This document shows positions 22,495 through 30,779 of a DNA stretch of 64,000 nucleotides, in pieces. The notes beneath the pieces are model-generated. The model saw nothing but the letters and a program-made list of their open reading frames with translations, searched no databases and was not told the DNA's origin. A program made the position numbers and the translations under genes. The stretch lies in assembly GCA_043826355.1 (NCBI GenBank), contig JBDRQI010000001.1, positions 32,001 through 96,000 on the forward strand. The letters are read 5' to 3'. This stretch comes from Candidatus Omnitrophota bacterium (GTDB lineage Bacteria; Ratteibacteria; UBA8468; MWAK01). Numbering within the stretch: the stretch's first letter is position 1; each line of letters begins with the position of its first letter.

Positions 22495-23184
22495 ATGAAA
22501 CTTAACCTTTATCTGGCCCGGTCCGGCGTCGCCTCCCGGCGGAAGTCTGCGGAACTGGTCAAGGGCGGCCGCGTGAGCGTGAACGGCAAAACGGTACTGG
22601 TTCCTTCCCGGGAAGTTGCCGGCAAGGACAATGTAAGCATTGACGGAAAGAAGGTCGTCCCGGAAAGGTTCGTCTATCTCGCCGTAAACAAGCCGGTCGG
22701 TTTCACCTGCACCCTGAAAGACCCCTTTGCCGAAAAGAAGGTGGTTGACCTTGTGCCGCGCTCCATGGGCCGGCTCTATCCGGTCGGCCGGCTGGACCGG
22801 GATTCCTCCGGCCTGGTCATCCTCACCAACGACGGCGATTTCAGCCAGCGGTTGAGCCACCCCAGGTATGAAGCGGAAAAAGAATACCTGGTTGTCGTTA
22901 CCCCGCCGGTCAGCCGCAAAGAAGCCGCTGTTTTAAAAGCGGGAGTGCTTTACGAAAACGAAAAACTGAGCGCTTCCGAGGTGATAATTCTAAAAAAAGA
23001 TTCGGGAAAAAGTACGCTTCGAATTATCCTCAAGGAAGGTAAAAAGCGTGAAATCCGCAGAATGTTCGGATGCCTCGGCCATCACGTATTAACCCTGCAG
23101 AGGGTGAGAATCGGAAACATAATGCTGGGTAAACTTGAACCGGGGAAATGCCGCTTCCTTACCGAGAAGGAAATAATTACTTAA
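22495..23184 (+). CDS. RsuA/RluB-family rRNA pseudouridine synthase
   Basis: S4 domain SRRK, NKP, VGRLDRDSSGL and EGKKREIRRM. Confidence 0.93.
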   Translation: MKLNLYLARSGVASRRKSAELVKGGRVSVNGKTVLVPSREVAGKDNVSIDGKKVVPERFVYLAVNKPVGFTCTLKDPFAEKKVVDLVPRSMGRLYPVGRLDRDSSGLVILTNDGDFSQRLSHPRYEAEKEYLVVVTPPVSRKEAAVLKAGVLYENEKLSASEVIILKKDSGKSTLRIILKEGKKREIRRMFGCLGHHVLTLQRVRIGNIMLGKLEPGKCRFLTEKEIIT

Positions 23185-23198
23185 CTGATTTCCCCTCA

Positions 23199-24365
23199 CT
23201 ATACCTCTCCCCGTCGGGGAGAGGTATAGTGAGGGGGTAAACACGCCGTCCTGACTTCATCCATAACCTGCGACAACGGCAGGTCTTCTGCGTCGGCAAT
23301 ACGCTTAATGTCGTCGTATTCCGGGTTCACTTTAATAACTTTACCCCGGTAACGTCCGACCTTAACGGCTACGCGGTGGCTGCGCACTTTCACCTTCTTC
23401 ATTTCCCGTTCCAGCACGATGCGGTCTGTCTCTCTCACTCTTACGCCGAAGGTTGAGGTTTCCCGAAAAAGAACTTTCAGCACCTGGTCCAGGTTTTCTC
23501 TTTTTGTAATGACTTCCAATTTTTGTCCGGGTCGGTTTTTCTTCATCAAGCCCGGCGTGAGTATAAAATCCAGGGTGCCGGCTCTCTGCAGGTTTTGAAA
23601 TACCTTTTCGTAAGCAAAGGGCGGCATATCATCAAGGTTTGTCTCTATGACGAATACCCGGTCCTTTTTTGCGGCCGAAATAGCCTCACCCAGGAAAAAG
23701 GCGAGGATATTGGGCGTGGGTTCGTTTCGGCTGCCGGTTCCGTATCCGACGGATAAAAGGTTAAAAGCCGGAACCGGTTGAAAGTGAGCCAGTTCTGTTA
23801 GAAGAGCGGCTGCGGTAGGGGTGGTGCATTCCGGTTGGTCGGCATCTATCCTGACCGGAAGGTTTTTCAGGATAAGAGATGTGGCCGGCGCCGGAGAACC
23901 GAGGTTGGGGACGGAGCAGTAGAGTTTTTCCACGCCCAGAAGGCGCAAACCGGTCACTGCGGCAACGACGTCAACGATACTGTCTATTTCGCCGATCTGA
24001 TGAAAATGGTCCGGGAGCGTGCCGTGGACTTTTGTTTCGGCTGCGGCCAGCCGTTGAAAGACCGCCAGGATTTTTTTCTTATCCGAAACGTCAAGGCCGC
24101 TCTTTTTAATTAAAGAAAAGATTTCCCGGAGAGGGCGGCCGTGCTCTTTTTGGGAGAGTTCAACCAAAAACCGGCGGGCTGGCCGGGGGTGGCCGATGCC
24201 CGGGTCGTCCCGTTCCTCAACCTTTTCCGAGATGCGGTATCCGGACAGCGGAACTTTTTTCAGTTCCTTTTTGAGGCGGTTAATGGGAAGGCCGGCGTCC
24301 AGCAGTCCGGCGACAATCATATCGCCGGATGCCCCGTTTGTGGTATCGAAATACCCTATCTTCAT
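23199..24365 (-). CDS. larC: LarC-family nickel insertion protein
   Basis: GASGDM, HFHQIGEIDSIVD, TPTAAA, ETNLDD, MKKNRPG, ETSTFGVR and PEYDD. Confidence 0.88.
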   Translation of the reverse strand: MKIGYFDTTNGASGDMIVAGLLDAGLPINRLKKELKKVPLSGYRISEKVEERDDPGIGHPRPARRFLVELSQKEHGRPLREIFSLIKKSGLDVSDKKKILAVFQRLAAAETKVHGTLPDHFHQIGEIDSIVDVVAAVTGLRLLGVEKLYCSVPNLGSPAPATSLILKNLPVRIDADQPECTTPTAAALLTELAHFQPVPAFNLLSVGYGTGSRNEPTPNILAFFLGEAISAAKKDRVFVIETNLDDMPPFAYEKVFQNLQRAGTLDFILTPGLMKKNRPGQKLEVITKRENLDQVLKVLFRETSTFGVRVRETDRIVLEREMKKVKVRSHRVAVKVGRYRGKVIKVNPEYDDIKRIADAEDLPLSQVMDEVRTACLPPHYTSPRRGEV

Positions 24366-24376
24366 AAAACGGGTTG

Positions 24377-24427
24377 GTAGGGGCACGATTTATCGCGCCC
24401 GCGGGCTTGATGAATCAAGCCCCTACC
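24377..24427. repeat. GTAG REP doublet
   Basis: gtaggggcacgatttatcgcgcccgcgggcttgatgaatcaagcccctac; encodes the last yajC codons and stop. Confidence 0.85.
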
Positions 24428-24741
24428 TTATGACTGATTGCGGCGCGGCTTATTTTCACCCTGGTGTTGCTCGCGATTTCAAGCACGAAGGTTTCGGCCT
24501 TTACGTCGACAATCTTTCCGAAGAGGCCGCCCAGAGTTACAATCTCATCACCGGGCTTCAGGCTGTCGATCATCGCCTGCTGTTTTTTCTGTTTTCGTTG
24601 CTGGGGCAGAATCAGCAGGAAATAGAAGATAACAAAGATTAAGATAAGAGGCATAAAACCCAAAAGGGTGCTTTGGGGTGCGGCCGGCGCTGCTCCTGTG
24701 GTTGGTGCCTGAGTTTGTCCGAATGCCATATTCCCCTCCAT
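24415..24741 (-). CDS. yajC: Preprotein translocase subunit YajC
   Basis: IFYFLLILPQ and LKPGDEIVTLGGLFG. Confidence 0.93.
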   Translation of the reverse strand: MEGNMAFGQTQAPTTGAAPAAPQSTLLGFMPLILIFVIFYFLLILPQQRKQKKQQAMIDSLKPGDEIVTLGGLFGKIVDVKAETFVLEIASNTRVKISRAAISHKVGA

Positions 24742-24745
24742 TGAA

Positions 24746-24856
24746 TGTAGGGGTCGGATTTATCCGACCCGACTTCGGCGAGCTCAATCGAGCCGCGGGC
24801 CCCGTATAGGCGGCTGTTGCCTTCTACGGGGCGGGCGCGATAAATCGCGCCCCTAC
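24746..24856. repeat. GTAG REP doublet with spacer
   Basis: tgtaggggtcggatttatccgacccg (identical to 14225) ... gggcgcgataaatcgcgcccctac. Confidence 0.85.
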
Positions 24857-24874
24857 TATTATTATATTATTTTC

Positions 24875-25909
24875 TTACTTCCGGCGCAAGAAACAATCGT
24901 CCGGGATATTCAATTTTTTCCGCAATCCTTCGGTCTCCCGGATGAACCGTCTGGTCAAGGGGTCCCGGTATCCGCTGGCGTGATACCTGCTGTCTCCCCT
25001 TTGACGGGGACGGGTGCCCTTTCCAAAGCTCTGGAAAGGGGGTGCTTGAGGTGGGGGTGAAGGTAGTAATTCCTCCAAGTACGTGCGTGTTTTTTTCCAG
25101 AATAATTCCCGGGTATATTTGCCGAACAAGGAAGCCAGAGCGATTAAAAAAGAGTTATCCTCTCCGTCCCGGAGGTAGGTTATCGTTCCGGCGGTTTTAT
25201 TGGCTCTGCTCAATTGATAAGCGGAATTATTCTTTTCTTCCCGGGTCGGCGTTACGGTACATTGCGGGCCAAAGAGCGCTGAAATAGGTTCCCGGTAATA
25301 CCGCAGGCCCCCTACTTTACCCAGGCAGGCGTGGAATTGGCCGTCTTTCACGCACCGGCGGATGAGGCTCAAGCCGGATTCAATGACCAGGTCTGATTTA
25401 TTCCTGCTTTTCAGTCCTTCATTAAACCGGAATGGACAAAAAAGGAAACAGCGCGGTTTTTCCAGGACAACGCCGCTTTTATCCGTTCTTTTCCTTAACC
25501 GGTCCGCAGTTTTCCGGATATTTTTGCGGCGTTCCGCATTCAACTGCAGGCTAAGGTCATTTTTCCAGCAAAAACAAAACGGGTTATACGTTGTGGTTGA
25601 GGGGTCGATTACTACATTCAAGAATTGGTCTGCGGATTCCGGCAGGAAGCCAAAAGAAAGATAAAAAAAGGCGAGCACGGTCGCCTCAGCCGCCAGTTCC
25701 TTTTTCCGGCTGGCGTTAAAGACCGTTTTACTGTCGCAGACGAGCAATTCGTTTGAATTTGAATGCGGGTCCTTTTTTATCCCGAGTAACTTCCACAGGT
25801 CAGGAACCGGCGCCAAACTTCTGTTTTGCAGTTTCAGCGAGGTGGAAGTGACTACCAGCGGTCCCAGGACAGGCCCGTATCCGTTTTCGTCTATCCCTAT
25901 CAGTCTCAA
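24875..25909 (-). CDS. Divergent ribonuclease HII-fold protein
   Basis: GIDENGYGPVLGPLVV, DSK, ALASLFGK and SGYxD motifs; TTG start. Confidence 0.7.
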   Translation of the reverse strand: MRLIGIDENGYGPVLGPLVVTSTSLKLQNRSLAPVPDLWKLLGIKKDPHSNSNELLVCDSKTVFNASRKKELAAEATVLAFFYLSFGFLPESADQFLNVVIDPSTTTYNPFCFCWKNDLSLQLNAERRKNIRKTADRLRKRTDKSGVVLEKPRCFLFCPFRFNEGLKSRNKSDLVIESGLSLIRRCVKDGQFHACLGKVGGLRYYREPISALFGPQCTVTPTREEKNNSAYQLSRANKTAGTITYLRDGEDNSFLIALASLFGKYTRELFWKKTRTYLEELLPSPPPQAPPFQSFGKGTRPRQRGDSRYHASGYRDPLTRRFIRETEGLRKKLNIPDDCFLRRK

Positions 25910-25950
25910 TTTTGTTAATGTAGGGGAGGGGCTGTGTCCCCTCCCATTTC

Positions 25951-26535
25951 TTACTTAATCAGGAAGAGGCTGAAGTTGGCCAGAAGGTTTGGAAAGAGAC
26001 GAATGCGGCGTTCGCCGGCAAGGTGATAACTGGCCAGTACCTTAATCTTCTTCTCCCGACAGAAGACTGCAAAATCTTTAATGCTCAAAAAATGAAGGTT
26101 GGGCGTGTTGTACCACTGGTGCGGCAGGGACCGCGTAACCGGGGCCCGGCCTAAAATACCGAACTGGAACCGCGCTCTCGAATTGCAGAAATTGGGGAAA
26201 CCGACCAGGACCTGCCGGCCCACCCGCAGGGCCTCGGCGAGGATGGTCTCCGGGTGCCGGACTTCAGGCAGGCTGTCGTTGAGGATAACGTAGTCAAAAC
26301 TTTTGTCCGGATATTCGGAAAGCCCCTGGTCCAGGTCACCGTGGAGGACATTAACGCCCCGCCGCAGGCATTCGGCGATGGCATTCTGGTCTATTTCAAT
26401 ACCCTGGCCCCGGATGTGCCGTTTTTCAGCCAGGATGCTTAAAAGTTCTCCCTTGCCGCAGCCCAGGTCCAGCACCGTGGAGCCATTCTTGATAATCTCC
26501 AGAATAATCTTATGGTCAGTCCTGATTTTTTCCAT
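25951..26535 (-). CDS. metW: Methionine biosynthesis protein MetW
   Basis: VLDLGCG, DLDQGL, GFPNF and WYNTPNLHF; downstream of metX. Confidence 0.92.
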   Translation of the reverse strand: MEKIRTDHKIILEIIKNGSTVLDLGCGKGELLSILAEKRHIRGQGIEIDQNAIAECLRRGVNVLHGDLDQGLSEYPDKSFDYVILNDSLPEVRHPETILAEALRVGRQVLVGFPNFCNSRARFQFGILGRAPVTRSLPHQWYNTPNLHFLSIKDFAVFCREKKIKVLASYHLAGERRIRLFPNLLANFSLFLIK

Positions 26536-26537
26536 TT

Positions 26538-26578
26538 ATGTCATTGCGAGTCCGCCTCTGGCGGACGTGGCAATCTCG
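26538..26578. repeat. TGTCATTGCGAG...GCAATC palindrome with nested TCCGCCTCTGGCGGA
   Basis: Same outer family as 34510-34576. Confidence 0.7.
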
Positions 26579-26581
26579 TAT

Positions 26582-27700
26582 TTACGGTTTCTGCGCCGCC
26601 AGAAAATTCCTGATTAAAAATGTCTCTTCCTCAAATTCCACCAGGAACGAATCGTGTCCGTAATTGGAGTCAATTTCGCAGCAAGAGACTTCTGCCCCGT
26701 GACGTTTCAGGGCGCGCACAATCTCCTTGGAGTTTGCCGGCGGATAGAGCCAGTCGGAACTGAAGCTCAAGACCAGAAAACGGGTTTTCGTCCCCCGAAA
26801 AAGGTCGGTTTTGTAATCGCTGATCAGATCAAAGTAGTCCATCGCCTTGGTTATGTAAAGATATGAATTGGCGTCAAAACGCTGGACGAAACTATCGCCC
26901 CGGTATCGCAGGTATCCCTCAACTTCAAAATCCTGGGTGAAGAAAAAGCCGTATTTTTCCTTGCTCTTCAGCCGCCGTCCGAACTTTTCCGCCATGGAAA
27001 ATTCGCTCATATAGGTAATGTGGCCCATCATCCTGGCTAAGGCAAGGCCCCGGGCCGGCGCCTTCTTTCCGTAATAGTCGCCGTTGTTCCATTCCGGGTC
27101 GGACATAATCGCCTGCCGGCCAACTTCGTCAAAGGCGATCTGCTGAGCCGAGTGGCGCAAAGTAGTGGCAATTGGGATGGCGTGCCGCACCATCTCCGGA
27201 TAGGCGGCCGCCCACTGGAGAACCTGCATACCGCCCATGGACCCGCCGGCGATTGCATAAAGTTTTTTGATTCCCATGAAATCAAGCAGCAATTTCTGAC
27301 AGTTGACCATATCACCGATGGTAATAATCGGAAAGTTAAGTCCGTATGGTTTATCCGTTGCCGGGTCGATGGAAGAAGGCCCTGTGCTCCCACGGCATCC
27401 GCCCAAAATGTTGGAGCAGATTACATGATAAATATCTGTATCAAATGCTTTGCCCGGTCCGACCATCGCGTCCCACCAGCCCGGTTTGGTTTCGCCCTCG
27501 TGGTGTCCGGCCGCGTGGCTGTCTCCGGATAAGGCGTGGAGGATAAGGATGGCGTTTGTGCGTTCCTTGTTTACGCGTCCGTAAGTTTCGTAGGCGATGG
27601 TAACCGGCCCGAACCGCCGGCCGTTTTCCAGCCGGAGGTCGGCTGGCGGCTTTGCCAGGGTAACCTGTTTGGTTTCCACAATCCCAACGCTCTTTTCCAT
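26582..27700 (-). CDS. metX: Homoserine O-acetyltransferase
   Basis: [25 protein letters not shown] and GHDSFL motifs. Confidence 0.95.
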   Translation of the reverse strand: MEKSVGIVETKQVTLAKPPADLRLENGRRFGPVTIAYETYGRVNKERTNAILILHALSGDSHAAGHHEGETKPGWWDAMVGPGKAFDTDIYHVICSNILGGCRGSTGPSSIDPATDKPYGLNFPIITIGDMVNCQKLLLDFMGIKKLYAIAGGSMGGMQVLQWAAAYPEMVRHAIPIATTLRHSAQQIAFDEVGRQAIMSDPEWNNGDYYGKKAPARGLALARMMGHITYMSEFSMAEKFGRRLKSKEKYGFFFTQDFEVEGYLRYRGDSFVQRFDANSYLYITKAMDYFDLISDYKTDLFRGTKTRFLVLSFSSDWLYPPANSKEIVRALKRHGAEVSCCEIDSNYGHDSFLVEFEEETFLIRNFLAAQKP

Positions 27701-28099
27701 CCTTGACATTATACCATAATTTAATTGCATAGGAATTCCCTTTTTAAATCCTTGAATAAATCTGCAGTTGCCGAGATTGCTCGGCGTTTTTATCTTGCGC
27801 AGGGAAGGGAACCGCACCCTTTAGGGTGCAAAAGCACTCTCCTTGCGTAGTTGCCGGGAGAGGACGGATGTCCTTACCCCCAAAATCGCAGGTTGCCGTG
27901 ACATTTTGTCACACTTTTCATGATAGAATAAACATGATAAAACAGCAGTCAATTCCTTCTTGGAAACCGCGTTTCACCATACACAATCCTTTAACTGGCA
28001 GAAGGTGAAGATAGGTATTCCGGGTAGGGTTAAATTATGTTTTAGCACACAAGCGATAAATTTTCCGGTTCAGAATTTAACCCGCCCATTCAGGCATTT

Positions 28100-28129
28100 T
28101 TGACCTTCTTCCTGAAAACGCGTTATAAT
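28100..28129 (+). promoter_or_regulatory. Sigma70-type promoter of the mscS operon
   Basis: TTGACC-18 nt-TATAAT; TTATAATACA is repeated once immediately downstream. Confidence 0.6.
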
Positions 28130-28177
28130 ACACATTATAATACAATTATTTACAATGAGAGAGATTTTGAAAATCGA

Positions 28178-28238
28178 TCCGTCAAGGGTTCGGGAATAAA
28201 ATTATATTCCCGGAGGACTTCGTTGGTCGGGCCGCCAA
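28178..28238 (+). ncRNA. Putative Na+ riboswitch aptamer (DUF1646/Na+-I-like; nhaA-I-type not excluded)
   Basis: GTC-AAGGGTT-[CGGGAAT/ATTCCCG]-GAG-GAC followed by TTGGT-CGGGCC-GCCAA; matches my recollection of the GGGUU / GGUCGGGCCGCC consensus; overlaps a terminator. Confidence 0.7.
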
Positions 28239-28271
28239 CTGATTGATAAAATCAGTCAGGCGGTTTTTTTT
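28232..28271 (+). terminator. Intrinsic terminator in the 5' leader (riboswitch expression platform)
   Basis: CCGCC-AACTGATT-gataa-AATCAGTC-AGGCGG followed by T8, 17 nt before the mscS ATG. Confidence 0.85.
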
Positions 28272-28288
28272 GTAAGGGAAAATAACAT

Positions 28289-29356
28289 ATGAATTTTCTA
28301 AACTTTACCAATCTTTCCAGAGTTGCCCGGGAAAGTGTCAATTCCATTCTGATTGTGGCCGGCGCCGTTCTTCTTTCCTTTATATGCCGGCTTGTCTGGT
28401 TGAAGGTGCTCATTCCCGTTGCGTATAAAACAAGAACCAACCTGGACCGGATTATTCTGGAAGCAACCGCTGCGCCGGTATCACTCTTGATATTAACCGC
28501 CGGTTTCAGTTTTTCCGTAAACCGGCTTTTTGCCCTGGAAGAATTCAGCCGGTTTTCGGCAATGAATATGCTGCGCGGCGTCGCGTATATCCTGCTGGTC
28601 GTAAACGTTACTTTTCTTGTATCCAAAATCCTTAGGGCAATTTCGGAATGGTATTTAAAAGACATTGCCCATAAAACCCAGACATCTTTCAATGAAGAGT
28701 TTGTGCCGCTTTTAAGTAAAATAATCAATATTACAATATATTTTATTGCGGCCACAATTATTTTATCGCATTTTGAGGTAAATATAAGCGGTTTTCTGGC
28801 CACGGCGGGCGTTGCCTCGCTGGCAATCGCCCTGGCGGCCCAGGAAACACTTTCCAATACGATATCCGGTTTTACGCTCATTCTTGATAAACCTTTTCGC
28901 AAGGGTGATTGGATTCAGTTAGATTCGGGTGAAGCGGGTTTCATTCAGGAGGTTGGTCTGCGAACCACCAAGATTCTTACCTTTGATAATACCGTAATGA
29001 TTATTCCTAACGCCGTGATTGCCAAGAGCAAAGTGGTCAACCGTAATTATCCCGACACTAAAGTTAAAACTCGCCAGAAGATTGGAGTGGCATATGGGTC
29101 GGATTTGGTCGGGGTTAAGAAGACCCTGCTGGAAATTTGTCGGGAGCACCCGGATGTAATGAAAGACCCGCCTTCCCTGGTTTTCTTTACCGAATTCGGG
29201 GAATCTTCACTCGGCCTGCTTTTGGTGTACTGGGTTGCCGATTTAAGGGAACAATTCAGAATTGGCGATCAGGTCAATATGGAAATAAAAAGAAGGTTCG
29301 AAGAAGAGGGTATTGAAATTCCTTTTCCGCAACGCACTGTTCACATGGGAAAATAG
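28289..29356 (+). CDS. Small-conductance mechanosensitive channel (MscS family)
   Basis: LAIALAAQETLSN, KPFRKGDWI, GLRTT, IPNA and IEIPFPQR. Confidence 0.93.
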   Translation: MNFLNFTNLSRVARESVNSILIVAGAVLLSFICRLVWLKVLIPVAYKTRTNLDRIILEATAAPVSLLILTAGFSFSVNRLFALEEFSRFSAMNMLRGVAYILLVVNVTFLVSKILRAISEWYLKDIAHKTQTSFNEEFVPLLSKIINITIYFIAATIILSHFEVNISGFLATAGVASLAIALAAQETLSNTISGFTLILDKPFRKGDWIQLDSGEAGFIQEVGLRTTKILTFDNTVMIIPNAVIAKSKVVNRNYPDTKVKTRQKIGVAYGSDLVGVKKTLLEICREHPDVMKDPPSLVFFTEFGESSLGLLLVYWVADLREQFRIGDQVNMEIKRRFEEEGIEIPFPQRTVHMGK

Positions 29357-29357
29357 G

Positions 29358-30779
29358 ATGACGAGGATTGCTGGAGTATTCGGGAAAAGAAACAAAAGCG
29401 CCGTACAAGATATGTTTAAAGTATCAGCACGGTCAAGGCGCGACGCGTACCGGGTGCGGTTGCTGGAGGGAAGCAATTATTCCCTGGGCGTGTCCGGGCG
29501 GTCTGGGGATATCCGGGCGCATCTTTTGGATACAGATTCAACCGGAAGCGTCTGGGATGGTTTGGGCGGGCCGTCAGCGGAAGTTTGCTTCAGCAAGAAT
29601 GGTAAAGTCCCGTTCGGATTCAACCCGCTTGCCCTCGCGGCGGTTAAGAAGAACAAAGAACTTGTTCTTTTCCGTGATTTGTTGGGAATCAAACCGCTCT
29701 ATTATGTCCGGAAAAAAGCGGAAATATTTTTTGCTTCCGAAGTGAAGATGCTGACCGGAATCGGCGGCGAGGTTAAAGAATTTCCGCCCGGCTACCTTTA
29801 TTCTTCCTTAAAAGGATGGCGGGCGCCGTCCCGAAAATCTTATCCGGCGCTTAAACTTAAGCCGGATAGGATTGCGGAGAGATTAAAGGATGTACTGGAA
29901 AAGGCCGTACTTTCCCGAAGACCGGCCGGGGAGTGCGGCGCCTGGCTTTCCGGGGGTCTTGATTCCAGCGCCATTGCCGGCCTTCTTCGCCGGCACTGTA
30001 AAAAATTACATACGTTTTCCATCGGGCTGCCGGATTCTCCGGACCTTTTCTTTGCCCGGCGGACCGCGAAATATCTGAAAACGGTTCACCACGAGCAAAG
30101 GGTAACTTTCCAGAATTTACTTTCGGTTTTGCCAGAGGTAATCTATTGTTTGGAATCTTTTGATGCGTCCCTGGTGCGCTCTATGCTGACAAACTATCTC
30201 CTGGCGCATTTTTCGGCGGAATACGTGGAAGAAGTATTTTCCGGCGAAGGCGGCGATGAACTCTTCGCCGGTTATTCTTACCTCAAACAGCTTTCCGGAA
30301 AAACGCTGGCGTCGGAAGTAAGTTCTTTGCCTTTTAAACTTCACAATACCGCTCTCCAGCGGATTGACCGGTCAGCGGCTTCCGCGGGAATCACGGTTCA
30401 TCTGCCGTTTCTTGATTCCGGGGTTATTCAATATGCCGGTCGGATTCCCTTAAAGTTCAAGTTATGCCGGGAAAAAGGAGCCCCTGCAGTGGAAAAATGG
30501 GTTTTGCGAAAGGCCGTGAACGGAATTTTGCCCGAAGAAATTATCTGGCGGCCAAAGGCGAAGTTCTGGGAAGGCAGCGGCCTGGGAGACCTGTTCCTGC
30601 GGTATGCGGAAAAGAGGATAACCGACGAAGAGTTTGCCGGAGAAAAAATGCTGCCCGACCGGACGGAACTCCGGTCAAAAGAAGAGTTGCTTTATTACCG
30701 TATTTTCCTCCGGAAATTCGGAATCGCGGACCTCTCCTTCGTGGGAAGGACAGGGGATATCGGAGAGGCAAAGAGATGA
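29358..30779 (+). CDS. Asparagine synthetase B-like amide ligase with degenerate glutaminase domain
   Basis: RDLLGIKPLYY, FASEVK, SGGLDSS, SGEGGDELFAGY, PFLD and EKWVLR; N-terminus MTRIAG rather than MCGIAG. Confidence 0.85.
   Translation: MTRIAGVFGKRNKSAVQDMFKVSARSRRDAYRVRLLEGSNYSLGVSGRSGDIRAHLLDTDSTGSVWDGLGGPSAEVCFSKNGKVPFGFNPLALAAVKKNKELVLFRDLLGIKPLYYVRKKAEIFFASEVKMLTGIGGEVKEFPPGYLYSSLKGWRAPSRKSYPALKLKPDRIAERLKDVLEKAVLSRRPAGECGAWLSGGLDSSAIAGLLRRHCKKLHTFSIGLPDSPDLFFARRTAKYLKTVHHEQRVTFQNLLSVLPEVIYCLESFDASLVRSMLTNYLLAHFSAEYVEEVFSGEGGDELFAGYSYLKQLSGKTLASEVSSLPFKLHNTALQRIDRSAASAGITVHLPFLDSGVIQYAGRIPLKFKLCREKGAPAVEKWVLRKAVNGILPEEIIWRPKAKFWEGSGLGDLFLRYAEKRITDEEFAGEKMLPDRTELRSKEELLYYRIFLRKFGIADLSFVGRTGDIGEAKR

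Noticed and set aside
27780..27945. SAM-I riboswitch-like words upstream of metX on the minus strand (TTTTATC...GGCAACC...GGTGC...AGATAAAA)
   Set aside because: The AUCxAGAG junction and kink-turn P2 cannot be built, no terminator is evident, and metX appears to have its own leaderless promoter. An Rfam scan would settle it.
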